From assembly GCA_963810095.1 (NCBI GenBank), contig CAWEMM010000010.1, forward strand, positions 253,466 to 317,465: 64,000 nt of DNA. The letters run 5' to 3'. A program made the position numbers and the translations under genes. This document shows positions 29,065-39,442 of the stretch, piece by piece. The stretch's first letter is position 1, and each line of letters opens with the position of its first letter. A model generated the notes under the pieces. That model ran no database searches, was not told the origin of the DNA, and worked only from the letters and a program-made list of their open reading frames with translations. The DNA is from an uncultured Chloroflexia bacterium (GTDB taxonomy: Bacteria; Chloroflexota; Anaerolineae; CG2-30-64-16).

Positions 29065-29335
29065 GGCTCGTTCTCCTTGCGATGGCTGATCGATAATACG
29101 CTTAGGAAGCGGTGCCCGGATCACCGGTGCGGGAGTCTTTCTCCAGAAACTCCGAGAGGCTCGTGCGCCAAAAGTCGTCCGCAGATGGTTCATTTGGCGG
29201 ATCAAAGAAACAAGCGATGTCGTTATAGTTTGAGCAAGAGGATGTGATCCCGCTGCGCACCTCTGCCGGTACTGGGGGCTGCGCGGCGGATCTGCCTATC
29301 GAGACGAAGCGAGAGTAACGGAGGAAAGAGTAGCT

Positions 29336-30004
29336 ATGAAGAAATTTGCATTGATGCTGTTGGTTGTGGGCGTTATGGTGCTTGGCTTCGGCCTGATGAC
29401 CGCGTTCGCCCAGGGCACGACGAGCGATTCGTCGGCGCAGAACACGGCCGTGACTGTTACGGTTACCGATACTAGCGTGACCATGTCGCCCCGAACGCTG
29501 CCCGCCAGCGTTCCCGTGACCTTCACTTTTACGAACAACGGGCAGAACCCGCACGCGTTCGTTATCGAGAAGGCCGGCGCGACGAACACGCCGCTGACCA
29601 GCGGCAGCCAGACCGCGTCGTTCGACGCGATCAACGCCGGTGGCAACTTCTCGACCACCTGGACGTTCACCGACCCGGGCGACTATCAGCTGGCCGCATA
29701 CAAGAGCGGCACACTTGAGTCCGGTATGGTTGTGACCTTCACCGTTGGCACCGCCCAGGCGGGCGCCACTGCATCGCCGACCGCGACGGCGACGACCGCT
29801 GTGACGAGCACGGCGACCGTGACGGCGACGACCGCGGCCACGAACACGACTTCTGGCTCGTCTGCAAGCACGAGCGCACAGACGCCGTCGAGCCTCCCGA
29901 GCACGGGTGGTGAGACGACCAACTGGGCGGCGATGCTGCTGGCGTTTGGTGTTGCGGCCCTCGTGCTCGGTGGCGCACTGACCTTTGCCCGCCGGTCGCG
30001 CTAA
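29336..30004 (+). CDS. Secreted cupredoxin-like protein with T/S linker and LPSTG-TM-RR anchor
   Basis: Signal peptide; VTFTFTNNGQNPHAF...PGDYQL...GM; C-terminal LPSTGG + hydrophobic helix + RRSR. Confidence 0.8.
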   Translation: MKKFALMLLVVGVMVLGFGLMTAFAQGTTSDSSAQNTAVTVTVTDTSVTMSPRTLPASVPVTFTFTNNGQNPHAFVIEKAGATNTPLTSGSQTASFDAINAGGNFSTTWTFTDPGDYQLAAYKSGTLESGMVVTFTVGTAQAGATASPTATATTAVTSTATVTATTAATNTTSGSSASTSAQTPSSLPSTGGETTNWAAMLLAFGVAALVLGGALTFARRSR

Positions 30005-30111
30005 GTGAGCATGGCGCCGGCCAAGGCAGTCGTATCCGGCTACTGAGCCTGCCCGTGCTCGCATCGCTTGCGTCGAAATGCAAGCGACGGCGGGCCCGGC
30101 GCCGCACGTGG

Positions 30112-30156
30112 AGAGGCCTCTGCGATCCCGCCAGTGGGATCGCAGAGGCCTTTTTG
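30112..30156 (+). terminator. Intrinsic terminator
   Basis: AGGCCTCTGCGATCCC-gccagt-GGGATCGCAGAGGCCT-TTTT. Confidence 0.85.
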
Positions 30157-31338
30157 CTAGAGCCGGGCCTGGATGACCCCGCGCTTGCCGTTCACCAGCC
30201 AGTCGGGGTCGCGAGCCTCGGCCAGTTCGGCCGAACCGGGCGCGAGGCCCACCGCCACCTCCGACTTAAAGGTGCGCAGCGCCACCAGGGGTGCGGGAAA
30301 GTGCGCGGTGAGGTCGGCAAAGGAGGTGGTGTGGGGCCAATACAGGTCGCCAACGAGACGGCGGTAGTTGGCATCGCCCTTGACGATGACGATATCCAAC
30401 CTGGCAAGGGCGGCGCGCAGATCTGCGGGCATATCATGATAGAAAAGCGGCATACAATAGAAGGGGTGGGTTGTCGGGTGTAGCACGCCGGCTGCAACAT
30501 GCCCGTCCATGCGCCGCCCCAGCCGGCCTGCCGCGCCGCCCGCGTCGGTAATTGCGTCGATGCCTTCGGCGAGGTCGGCAATCATCGCGTCTGAAACGTA
30601 GAACGGCTGCGGCTTGAGATGCAGATGCACCTCCGCCGCGATGTCCGTGCGCAGGAGGAAATCGGCCAGGGCCACGTCCATGAGCAGCTCGGTGCCCGCG
30701 TTGTCAGTGATAATGCCGACTTTGCCCCCGTCGCGCCCCAACAGGTGCCACAAGACCGCCTGCCCGTCGTCGACGAGCAAGTTGTCGCGTTCCGCCTCTG
30801 GTCCCGTCGTGGCCCCGAGGTGGGCCGCCACCATGTAGCTCAGGTCCGTGCGATTGCCCCATAGGCTGGCATGCAGGAGCTGCTCGAACTGCTGCTGTGG
30901 CTCTTGTTCCAGGCTGCCAAGCACTCGCTCGAGCGCGGCAGGGGCCGCTTCCGGCGCCCATTCACGGCGCTTGGTCGCGGCGAACGGGTCAAAGCCTTGC
31001 AGCGGACCGCGCTGGAAGTAGCGCGTGGCCTCGAGCAAGCGCCGGTAGAAAAAGGCCTCCGCCCAGTACCAGGGCACGTCGAGCCACGTCCGGCCGAAGT
31101 AATTCAGCGAGAGCCGGTTCCACTCGGCAACGTCGGGCGCGTCCTCGGTCAGCGGCACGATTTCTCCCGCCCTCAGCTCGGCGTGCAGGGATTCGAGGTC
31201 GTGCACTACGGAGGCTGGAAAGTCATTTGCCTCAATGGTATCGCGCAGGATGCGCGGCACCCGCACTTTCAACGTGTTGTGGGCGAAGCTGCCGGGATCG
31301 GACGTCAGCAGGAGGGGTGGCAGCGGGTCTTCGTTCAC
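30157..31338 (-). CDS. Damage-control phosphatase ARMT1/DUF89 family
   Basis: WLDVPWYWAEAFFYRR, LWGNRTDLS, DNAGTEL, PFYVSD, KGDANYRRL, RTFKSE. Confidence 0.92.
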   Translation of the reverse strand: MNEDPLPPLLLTSDPGSFAHNTLKVRVPRILRDTIEANDFPASVVHDLESLHAELRAGEIVPLTEDAPDVAEWNRLSLNYFGRTWLDVPWYWAEAFFYRRLLEATRYFQRGPLQGFDPFAATKRREWAPEAAPAALERVLGSLEQEPQQQFEQLLHASLWGNRTDLSYMVAAHLGATTGPEAERDNLLVDDGQAVLWHLLGRDGGKVGIITDNAGTELLMDVALADFLLRTDIAAEVHLHLKPQPFYVSDAMIADLAEGIDAITDAGGAAGRLGRRMDGHVAAGVLHPTTHPFYCMPLFYHDMPADLRAALARLDIVIVKGDANYRRLVGDLYWPHTTSFADLTAHFPAPLVALRTFKSEVAVGLAPGSAELAEARDPDWLVNGKRGVIQARL

Positions 31339-32288
31339 GCAGCACTCGCCGCGGGCGCTGCGGCTGCGGAGAGCAGTTCCCTGATCTCGAGCGGCTCGCC
31401 TTTCCGTGCGTCGCGCACCAGCGTGAGCGCGCCCGTGCTGCACTTGTCGACGCACGCGCCGCACCCCATGCAGGCATCCCAATCGACCCGCGAGCGGCCG
31501 CCTTGGATATCGAGTGCGCCGAACTGGCACATCTCCACGCATTCGCCGCACCCGGCGCACAGCTCTTCGTCCGCCTGGCTGACATAGCCGGATGAGGCCA
31601 GCATTGGCACGCCGCTGAAGTGGGCTTGCATGGCGCCGCAGCAGCATTGACAGCAGTTGCAGATGGCGTAGAAGCGCCCCAGCATGGCGTCCTTGAAGAA
31701 TGCGTGGTGCACGTGGCCGCGCGCGTGCTCTTCGGTCAGGATTTGCTCCGCGTCTTGGCGGGTGATCCAGCGGGTGCGCTCAGGGTGGTGTTCGGAAACG
31801 AAACTCGCGAACGGCTCGCCGACGATCAGGCACACGTCGAGCGGTTGGCACGGGTTCTTCCGGGCCACCCGGCAGGGACAGTCGAGGGCCACGATGTGGT
31901 CGGGGTGTTTGAGCACGATGTCGCGCGCCAGCGCGTACGGGATGATCTGTTCGAGGTCGCCCAGATCCACGTCGCGCTCCACCCGCACCAGTTGGGTCGC
32001 GGCCTCCAGCGTGACGACCTTGCCGTGATAGGTATCGGCAAAGCCGACCCCCGCGCTGGCTGCGACACTTTCGGCGGCCTCCCGGCGAATCAGGGCGTCG
32101 ACCGCGCCGACGATGGGTTTCGCCAGCTTGGCGACCGGGTGCTCGCCGGCCCCGAAGCCGATGTAGAGGTAGGGCCAACGCGCATAGACATAACCGTGCA
32201 GCCAATTGAAGAGCGAATAGCCGGGTAAGTTGCGCGCCTCCCGCATGAAGTCGCGGGTCGAGCGGCTGGGCAGGAGTGAAAACCGCAT
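31335..32288 (-). CDS. Cys-rich 4Fe-4S dicluster protein
   Basis: CPCR, ICNCCQCCC, CAGCGECVEMC and CMGCGACVDKC. Confidence 0.9.
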   Translation of the reverse strand: MRFSLLPSRSTRDFMREARNLPGYSLFNWLHGYVYARWPYLYIGFGAGEHPVAKLAKPIVGAVDALIRREAAESVAASAGVGFADTYHGKVVTLEAATQLVRVERDVDLGDLEQIIPYALARDIVLKHPDHIVALDCPCRVARKNPCQPLDVCLIVGEPFASFVSEHHPERTRWITRQDAEQILTEEHARGHVHHAFFKDAMLGRFYAICNCCQCCCGAMQAHFSGVPMLASSGYVSQADEELCAGCGECVEMCQFGALDIQGGRSRVDWDACMGCGACVDKCSTGALTLVRDARKGEPLEIRELLSAAAAPAASAA

Positions 32289-32349
32289 GACATGCCTCCT
32301 CGCACTGTGCGTTGCTGGCGTGCCAGCATTTTACTTGCGTTCGTGCGAC

Positions 32350-32365
32350 TGTGACAAGGGGCACA
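32350..32365. promoter_or_regulatory. CRP-like site between divergent ferredoxin and rhodanese genes
   Basis: TGTGA-CAAGGG-GCACA (one mismatch to TGTGA-N6-TCACA). Confidence 0.5.
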
Positions 32366-32486
32366 TGTCGTAGAAGCGGGTCGCGCCTGCTGATTTGACC
32401 CGGCGATCGGAACCAAGCTTCTAGCCTTTGCCCTTCGGTTTGGGTAGGCTGGACATTCGAAATCAAACCGACAGGAGACGGGACTG

Positions 32487-32927
32487 ATGGGATGGGTCGA
32501 GGCACTGAAGAAGGCGCTCCGGCGCACGGGATCGAGCGCCAGCGTGCAGCACGACGAGCAAGGACGTGCGAGCGAGGAGGGGGAAGAGTTGATCGTGCCG
32601 GAGGTGTCATCGACGGATCTGTTGGCCGAGCTGCGGAACGGCGGCGCGGATCGGATTCTGCTTCTCGACGTTCGGGAGAACTACGAGCGCGCACAGGCGC
32701 TCATCCCGAACTCGCTCCACATACCCATGAACAGCCTGCCGTACCGGCTGAGCGAGCTGGATCCGGCGCGGGAGATCGTCGTCTACTGCGCCCACGGCAA
32801 CCGCTCGTACGGCGTCACGGGTTGGTTGATTCAACAAGACTACAAGGCGCGCAGCTTGAAGGGCGGCATTGTCGATTGGCAGCGCCAGCACGGCGCGGTC
32901 GAGCGAGGCTACCCGGCGCGTTCCTGA
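32487..32927 (+). CDS. Rhodanese-like domain protein
   Basis: LLDVRE, IVVYCAHGNRS, LKGGIVDW. Confidence 0.92.
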   Translation: MGWVEALKKALRRTGSSASVQHDEQGRASEEGEELIVPEVSSTDLLAELRNGGADRILLLDVRENYERAQALIPNSLHIPMNSLPYRLSELDPAREIVVYCAHGNRSYGVTGWLIQQDYKARSLKGGIVDWQRQHGAVERGYPARS

Positions 32928-34414
32928 CGGTTGCCGGCCCAGCGAGCGCCCAGGACGATGACGAGAATCCCCAGCACGGCGCCGAGCACACTGGCTGCTG
33001 CGTAGCCCGGGAGCGTCCCGGTGGCCCACAGAGCATACGGGAGGAAGAACGCGACGCCCGCACCTACCGCCACCGCGGAGGGGCGGCCGAGCGCGGCCCT
33101 GACATTCCCGTTTGCCCGCTGCAGCGCACCTACCAGCGCGACGACTGTCATCACCACCAGGATCAGGCCCAGCACCAGCAGGGCGCCATACGTGATCAGT
33201 GAGCCGTAACCATACGTCATGGCGGGCGGCGCGAGCAGCACGACGGCGGCCCAGATGAACCAGGCCACGACCAGCGCCAGGATCCACAGCACTTTGCCGC
33301 GCACGAAGAGCCGGGTGGCAAGGGTGTCAAAGCCCAGAAGCGCGAGCGCGACGGCCAGCAGCATCTCGCCGACGAGCAGCCCAAGGAAATCCGAGGGTGC
33401 GTTTACGTCGATGGGACGGTAGGGGCCGACGGCAGCCTCGCGCCAGGCTCCGGTCGCACCTTCATGGACCAGCACTCCCGCTTGCCCCATCGCAAACACA
33501 GCATTGCCGGTGCCCCGGTCCACCTTCCCATCGAGGGGAACGGGCCGCAGCATCGCATAAGACGACAGCCGCCGGCGGGTGGCCGCGGCGCTGGCCTCAC
33601 TCACGGTTGGAATCTGATACACGGTGCGCCACGACGTGCCGCCGTCGACCGACAACTCGATGGTGCGCCCCGGCGTGATGCGGTACTGGCGCTGCTCGTT
33701 GCCGGGATCGATGGTTGTCTGCGCGGCCCCACTCGTGTCGGACCACGGGTTGGGACATGCGCCCCGCGGTTGGTTTGGCAGGCTCTGCCAGGTCGAGCCG
33801 CCATCGGTGCTGCGATAGGTCGAGTACCCCGAGTAGGCTTCCAGTTCGCCCGCCCGCGCGTCGAGGCAGTAGATGCCCGGGTCGGGCGCAGGCGAATTGC
33901 CGACGGTGAGCAGCATGGCGGCTGCGAGGGCAACCCAGCCCGCTCCACCGGGCGCCGTCTTGCGCGCCGTTGCGGGTGGCTCGGGTGTGCCGATCCACAG
34001 CAGGGCACTGGCCGCCAGCGCCGTGAGTGCGACGAGGTCGCTCGGGTCCCGGCGCCAGCCGACCTGGAACCCCAACAACCGGGTGGCGGCCGCGACGATC
34101 GCAGCGTGCGCCGCGGGCACGGTCTTGGCTAGGCTGAAGGTCACGCCAACCGCTGCGAACGCCAGCACCGGAATCAACCAGGCATGCTTCCGAACCGGCG
34201 GCGGCGCGAGCACCGCCATGAGCGCGGCGACGGCGAAGGGCGCAAAGAAAAGCCAGGCAAAATCCCCAAGCTTCCCGGTCAAAATCGAAGGCTGCACTAC
34301 GCGCAGGAGATGATCGTTAGCGAGCAGCAGGGCCAACGCGGCGATCGTCAGGGGGTGCACGAGCAGCCGGAGCGTCTTGCTCAGCATTGCGTTGTCGATA
34401 AGCGGGCTCTTCAT
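32909..34414 (-). CDS. Multi-pass membrane protein with an extracytoplasmic BNR-repeat region
   Basis: LLANDHLL...TGKLGDFA...RDPSDLVAL N-domain; STDGGSTW and SVDGGTSW; several C-terminal TMs. Confidence 0.75.
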   Translation of the reverse strand: MKSPLIDNAMLSKTLRLLVHPLTIAALALLLANDHLLRVVQPSILTGKLGDFAWLFFAPFAVAALMAVLAPPPVRKHAWLIPVLAFAAVGVTFSLAKTVPAAHAAIVAAATRLLGFQVGWRRDPSDLVALTALAASALLWIGTPEPPATARKTAPGGAGWVALAAAMLLTVGNSPAPDPGIYCLDARAGELEAYSGYSTYRSTDGGSTWQSLPNQPRGACPNPWSDTSGAAQTTIDPGNEQRQYRITPGRTIELSVDGGTSWRTVYQIPTVSEASAAATRRRLSSYAMLRPVPLDGKVDRGTGNAVFAMGQAGVLVHEGATGAWREAAVGPYRPIDVNAPSDFLGLLVGEMLLAVALALLGFDTLATRLFVRGKVLWILALVVAWFIWAAVVLLAPPAMTYGYGSLITYGALLVLGLILVVMTVVALVGALQRANGNVRAALGRPSAVAVGAGVAFFLPYALWATGTLPGYAAASVLGAVLGILVIVLGARWAGNRQERAG

Positions 34415-34506
34415 ATCGCGGATTATAGCACAGCCCGAAGGCCGAACGAGCAGTTCGGGTGGGGCCGGATGTATAATAGAGGCCGTTCGAGCGTCAACGC
34501 ACTGGC

Positions 34507-35214
34507 ATGGAGGCTCTCGTGACCGGACCGGCAACCGAACTGCAGCGAGTAATGGTCATCGCCGCGCATCCCGATGACCCGGAATTTGGATGTGCAGGCG
34601 CTGTGCTGAAGTGGGCGCAAGCCGGCAGGCACGTGACTTATGTCCTCATTACGAGCGGCGATAAGGGCAGCCACGATCCCGACCTGCGTCCCGGCCTGCT
34701 CGCTGCACGCCGGGAGAGCGAGCAGCGAGCCGCCGCTCACGACCTGGGGGTGCATGAGATCATCTTCCTGCGCCGCCCCGACGGCTTGCTCGAGAATACC
34801 CTTGATCTCCGCCGCCAGCTCGCGGACCTGGTCCGGCGTCTTCGCCCGGATATTGTCCTGGCCATCGATCCCTGGCGTCATTACCAGCTTCACCCCGATC
34901 ACCGAGCCGCAGGCCAAGCCGCGCTCGACGCCGTCTGGTCCGCCCGGGAATGGTACATCTTCCCCGAGCAGCTCGTGGAGGGCGTCGAGCCCTGGCGTGT
35001 GAAGCAGGTTTACTTGTTCTGGACGGACAACCCGGACTACTGGGAGGATATTACCTGCTGCATGGAGCAGCGTCTCGCCGCGCTGATGCAGCATGTGAGT
35101 CAGATTGGCTCGGAACCCGAGAAACTGGCCGAGAGAATCCGCCAGCGTGCGCGGGAGGCCGGCGAGAAGCCGGGCTACGAATTCGCCGAGGCCTTCAAGA
35201 GGTTTGAGTTTTGA
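34507..35214 (+). CDS. PIG-L family deacetylase
   Basis: AHPDD, RRESE, DGLLE, HPDH. Confidence 0.92.
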   Translation: MEALVTGPATELQRVMVIAAHPDDPEFGCAGAVLKWAQAGRHVTYVLITSGDKGSHDPDLRPGLLAARRESEQRAAAHDLGVHEIIFLRRPDGLLENTLDLRRQLADLVRRLRPDIVLAIDPWRHYQLHPDHRAAGQAALDAVWSAREWYIFPEQLVEGVEPWRVKQVYLFWTDNPDYWEDITCCMEQRLAALMQHVSQIGSEPEKLAERIRQRAREAGEKPGYEFAEAFKRFEF

Positions 35215-36606
35215 CAGATCACTTGCGCCACGGAGGAGCAGGGGGAAATCTCCGTCCGTACTTGCTCTCGATCCTCTGCGCACTCAGCGTCCTCTGTGGC
35301 TTGGTTCTTCCCGCAGCAGCAGAAACTGCGCCGCCCGACCCGCGCTTCGGGATCGTGGAGGGGTTTGTCAACGCGGGCGCGACGTCGACCGCGGGTGCGG
35401 GCTACTCGCGGATTATCCTCCGGTGGGACGTGATCCAGCCCGACGGCCCTGCCGACTGGAAGCCGGCGAATGTGCCGGATCCGTTCGTCGCGGCCGAGCT
35501 GGCGGCGGGGCGCGAGGTGGTAGCAATCATGATCGGAACGCCGGCGTGGGCCGCGCTGCGTCCTGAAGATGGCGCGCGTGCCGTGCCCGACATGAATGCG
35601 TGGGCCGGCTTCACCAAGCGTATGGCCGAGCACTACCGGGGGCGTATCCGCCACTGGATCATTTGGAACGAGCCGGACGTGTGGGAGGCCGGGCACCCGG
35701 GCCAAACCTGGGCGGGCACCGTCGACGATTATGCCCGCCTCCTGCAAGACTGCCTACACGGCGATCAAAGGCGTCGACCCAACCCTGCAGGTCCACATCG
35801 CCGGGCTCACCTACTTCTGGGATTGGTCGCATGGGCGGCCGCAGTACCTCGACCGCCTGCTCGACGTCCTCGCCGCCGACCCTTCGGCGAAAGCCAACGG
35901 GTATTTCTTCGATGCCGTCGTCTACCATCTCTATTTCAAGCCGCTCCAGGCACCCACCGTGTTGGCCGGCGCACGTGCCAGCCTGAAGAAACGCGGCATC
36001 GTGGGCAAGGAGCTGTGGGTAAACGAGACCAACGCGCCGCCCTCGGAGGACAAGCAGGAGATTCCCTGGTCCAAGCCGCGTTACCGCGTCACGCTGGAGG
36101 AGCAGGCCGCATTTCTGCTGCAGGAGTTCAGCCTCGCGTTTGCCGCGGGCGCCGACCGCGTCGAGTTCTACAAGCTCCGTAATTCCGCGGAGCACCCCGA
36201 GTCGATCGAGCCCTACGGCCTGCTGCGCGTGGACGATTCGCCTCGGCCGGCTTTCGACGCTTACCGGGTGGCCACTACCTACCTGCGCGATTTTCGATCC
36301 GCGGTGCGCGAACAATCAGGGGTGGTGAACGCGGTTACGTTTGATCGCGGCAGCGCGACGACCACGGTCGTGTGGACGACGGGCAGCCGGGGAACGCGCA
36401 TCAAGGTGCGCGCCGTGGCCGGCGAGGCGCTGCTGGTAGACCAGCACGGGGCGACCCGGCGGGTCAAGCCGCAAGGCGGCTTTTACGTCGTCGACCTCGC
36501 CGGCGCCAGCTGTACGAACCGTGGCGAGTGCATCATCGGCGGTCGTCCGCAGCTCCTGGTGGAGCAGGCGCCGGCGCGCGGGCGCAAGGCGCTGGGGGGC
36601 CGCTGA
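35211..36606 (+). CDS. Secreted clan GH-A glycoside hydrolase (GH5/GH39-like); frameshift near 35745
   Basis: WIIWNEPD (acid/base), YHLY, LWVNETN (nucleophile), YGLLR...RPAF; the two halves are in different frames. Confidence 0.82.
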
Positions 36607-36749
36607 TCTGCGGAGAGGTGGAACCCGTGGCGCGGCCGAGCGTCTATCAGCTGTAAGCTGCATTTCTTTGTGTCGCTGTTGCCCGGGGCGGTCGGGCCAC
36701 AAAGACACGATATTACTCTGGAATACACCCTGGGAGGGTGGAGGATCCT

Positions 36750-39353
36750 ATGCAAACGCCCTGGTCAAATCCGACCTTCCGAGCCAGGTGGGCCAAAATC
36801 GGCGGGCTGGTGCTGCTGCTGGCATCGCTCGCCGGCGTTGCCCTGGTGGCCGGCAGCTGCGGTTTCTTCCCGCGGCTGCTGCCCGTTCGGGCGGGACAAG
36901 GAACGCCCACGGCGACTTTGTCCGCCGATACGGGGCAGCCCACTATCGAGATTGCGCCCGTCGCCGGCGACGCGGGCACCCGCATCACGGTTGCGGGACG
37001 CGGCTGGCGTCCGGGCGACACGGTTTTCGTCCGGCTCGAGGATGCGGAGACCGGGCAGAAACCCGGCCTCGATCAAGCCTCTGCCATTGTAACGGACCGC
37101 GGCGACTTTGTCGTGCGCTTTACGTATCCATTCGACCCGCGCTGGGCGCTGATGCCGCGCGCACTTATCACGGTCATCGACCCCGCCACCGGACAGCGCG
37201 TCACGCTTGTCTTTCGCATCCTGAACCCCGCGCCGGCCTCCCCGACGCCCTTGCCGACCTTCGTGCCGATCGATACGGCTGTGCCGCCCACCATCGTGAT
37301 TCCGACCAAGGCTCCGTCTGGACCGACGCCGGTCGTGACACAACCCCGGCCGCCCGCGACGCAGGTGCGTCCGACCGCGACCCGTGTTCCGCCGACACCC
37401 ATTCCGCCCACACCGACACCCGTGCCGGTTATCACCGATTGGCGCGGCGAGTACTGGGCGAACATGAACCTGGCGGGCCTGCCGATTTATGTCCGCAACG
37501 ACTACGCGGTCGACTTCAATTGGGGATTCGGTTCGCCGGCGCCGCCAATTCCACCCGACAGTTTCTCGGCGCGCTGGACGCGCACGCAGAACTTTGACGC
37601 GGGCACCTATCGCTTCTCGCTGAGCATGGATGACGGCGCGCGCTTCTGGATCGACGGCCAGTTGCTGATCGACCAGTGGACTGACGGCGGCGCCCGGACG
37701 GTGTCGGCCGACGCGTCTCTTACGCAGGGCCCTCACCAGCTGCGCGTGGAGTATTACGAGCGCACGGGCCTGGCGAGCGTCGCGCTCCGCTGGGAGCGGC
37801 TCGGCCAGATCACGTTCCCCGACTGGATGGGCGAGTACTTCACGAACCCGAGCCTCAGCGGCGCACCGGCGCTGGTGCGCAACGACCGCATGATCGACTT
37901 TAGTTGGGGGACGGGCTCACCCGCGCCCGGCATCCCGCCCGACAATTTCTCGGTGCGTTGGACCCGGCAGTACATGTTCACCCCCGGCGTCTACCGTCTG
38001 TTCGCGCAGTCTGACGACGGCATCCGGGTGTTTGTCGACGGCCGGCTTGTCCTCGACCAGTGGTTCGACCAGAGCGCGGGCTCGCCCTATACCGTAGATC
38101 TCAGCCTGGCGGGCCTGCACGTCTTCTCCATTCAGTACTACGAGCGAATCGGAGACGCCTTCGTGCGGTTCTGGTGGCAGCCTGTCGTCGCACCGCCGCC
38201 GACCTGGACGTCTGTGCCGCCGACGGCAACCTTCACGCCCACGCGCGTGCCGGCGACTGCGACCGCGACGGCAACGGCGACGCGCACGGCGACTGCCACA
38301 CCTACGTCGGGCCTGACGGTCGTTCCCATGCCGACCTCGACGCCCACCGGAACCGCTACCCGCGTGCCGCCGACCGCCACGGCAACTGCCACGCCTACCG
38401 CGGGCCTGACGATTGTTCCAATGCCGAGCTGGACGCCGACGAGCACGTCGACCTCCACCGCGACCTCGACTCCGCAGGCTACGGCCACGCCGACGGCCAC
38501 GGCCAGCCGAACGCCGACCACGACGCCAACGCCGCGGATCACGGCCACGCCGACACAGACAGCGACCGCAACGGCGACCGAAACGGCGACGCCGACTGTG
38601 ACGGCTACCGAAACGGCCACGTCGACTGTGACGGCGACCCCAACACGGACGCCAACGGCAACCGAGACGGCGACATCGACGCCAACGGCAACCGAGACGC
38701 CGACGCCGAGCGCAACGCCCACGGCGACCGAGACACCGACGCCGAGTGCAACCCCGACGGCGACCGAGACGTCGACGCCGACGAGCACGCCGACCGAGGC
38801 GGGCGGTGAACGACCCACTGAAGTGGCGACGTACACGCCCAGTCCCACGCCGACTGCGACGATGGGGGTGCCGCCAGGCGTTCGCCTGAACGAAGTCCTG
38901 GCGAATCCGCGGAACGTCAACTGGGACCAGCGGGGCCGGGCGGATGGTCAGGACGAGTGGATCGAGCTTTATAATCCGACCACCCGGCCGCTAGACCTCT
39001 CGCGATGGTTGATAGAAGTGCCAGGCAGGCGCCTGGCGCAGGTCTACCGTTTTGGGCGGAACGGGATCATTCCGGCGAAGGGGTACCTGGTCCTGTTCCA
39101 GCGGGAGACGCGTTTGATCCTGGACGACCAGGGCGGGACGATCCGGCTGCTCGATGCCAGCGGCAAGCTGGTCGACTCGGTGAAGTATCCGGCCATGCTG
39201 CCCGACCAAAGCTACAGCCGAGACGCCGAGGGTGTGTGGCACAGTGACTGGCCGCCATCGCCGGGGCAGCCGAATCTCGGGCCGTCGCCGAAGCAGCGCG
39301 GCATTCTGACACCAGCGCCGTCCGCGACGTCCGAGTTGAGCGCGCAGAGCTAG
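36750..39353 (+). CDS. Surface protein: N-terminal TM, two PA14 domains, Thr/Pro-rich stalk, C-terminal lamin-tail domain
   Basis: DFNWGFGSP...FSARWT...[10 protein letters not shown] (twice); T/P repeats; LNEV...DEWIELYN. Confidence 0.9.
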   Translation: MQTPWSNPTFRARWAKIGGLVLLLASLAGVALVAGSCGFFPRLLPVRAGQGTPTATLSADTGQPTIEIAPVAGDAGTRITVAGRGWRPGDTVFVRLEDAETGQKPGLDQASAIVTDRGDFVVRFTYPFDPRWALMPRALITVIDPATGQRVTLVFRILNPAPASPTPLPTFVPIDTAVPPTIVIPTKAPSGPTPVVTQPRPPATQVRPTATRVPPTPIPPTPTPVPVITDWRGEYWANMNLAGLPIYVRNDYAVDFNWGFGSPAPPIPPDSFSARWTRTQNFDAGTYRFSLSMDDGARFWIDGQLLIDQWTDGGARTVSADASLTQGPHQLRVEYYERTGLASVALRWERLGQITFPDWMGEYFTNPSLSGAPALVRNDRMIDFSWGTGSPAPGIPPDNFSVRWTRQYMFTPGVYRLFAQSDDGIRVFVDGRLVLDQWFDQSAGSPYTVDLSLAGLHVFSIQYYERIGDAFVRFWWQPVVAPPPTWTSVPPTATFTPTRVPATATATATATRTATATPTSGLTVVPMPTSTPTGTATRVPPTATATATPTAGLTIVPMPSWTPTSTSTSTATSTPQATATPTATASRTPTTTPTPRITATPTQTATATATETATPTVTATETATSTVTATPTRTPTATETATSTPTATETPTPSATPTATETPTPSATPTATETSTPTSTPTEAGGERPTEVATYTPSPTPTATMGVPPGVRLNEVLANPRNVNWDQRGRADGQDEWIELYNPTTRPLDLSRWLIEVPGRRLAQVYRFGRNGIIPAKGYLVLFQRETRLILDDQGGTIRLLDASGKLVDSVKYPAMLPDQSYSRDAEGVWHSDWPPSPGQPNLGPSPKQRGILTPAPSATSELSAQS
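38220..38860 (+). repeat. Coding low-complexity Thr/Pro/Ala tandem repeats
   Basis: Repeated [12 protein letters not shown]-type units. Confidence 0.8.
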
Positions 39354-39375
39354 CTTAGCCCGCGATTCCGGCAAA

Positions 39376-39431
39376 CAGAGGCGAGGCAACCGTACTCCGT
39401 CCAGGTTGGCACGGTGGTTGCCTCGCCTCTG
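39376..39431. terminator. Hairpin between convergent genes
   Basis: CAGAGGCGAGGCAACC ... GGTTGCCTCGCCTCTG. Confidence 0.7.
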
Positions 39432-39442
39432 CGCGTCTACCT

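Noticed and set aside
38220-38860. CRISPR-like or DGR-like repeats
   Set aside because: The repeats are in-frame Thr/Pro linker codons with no unique spacers, and there are no cas or RT genes
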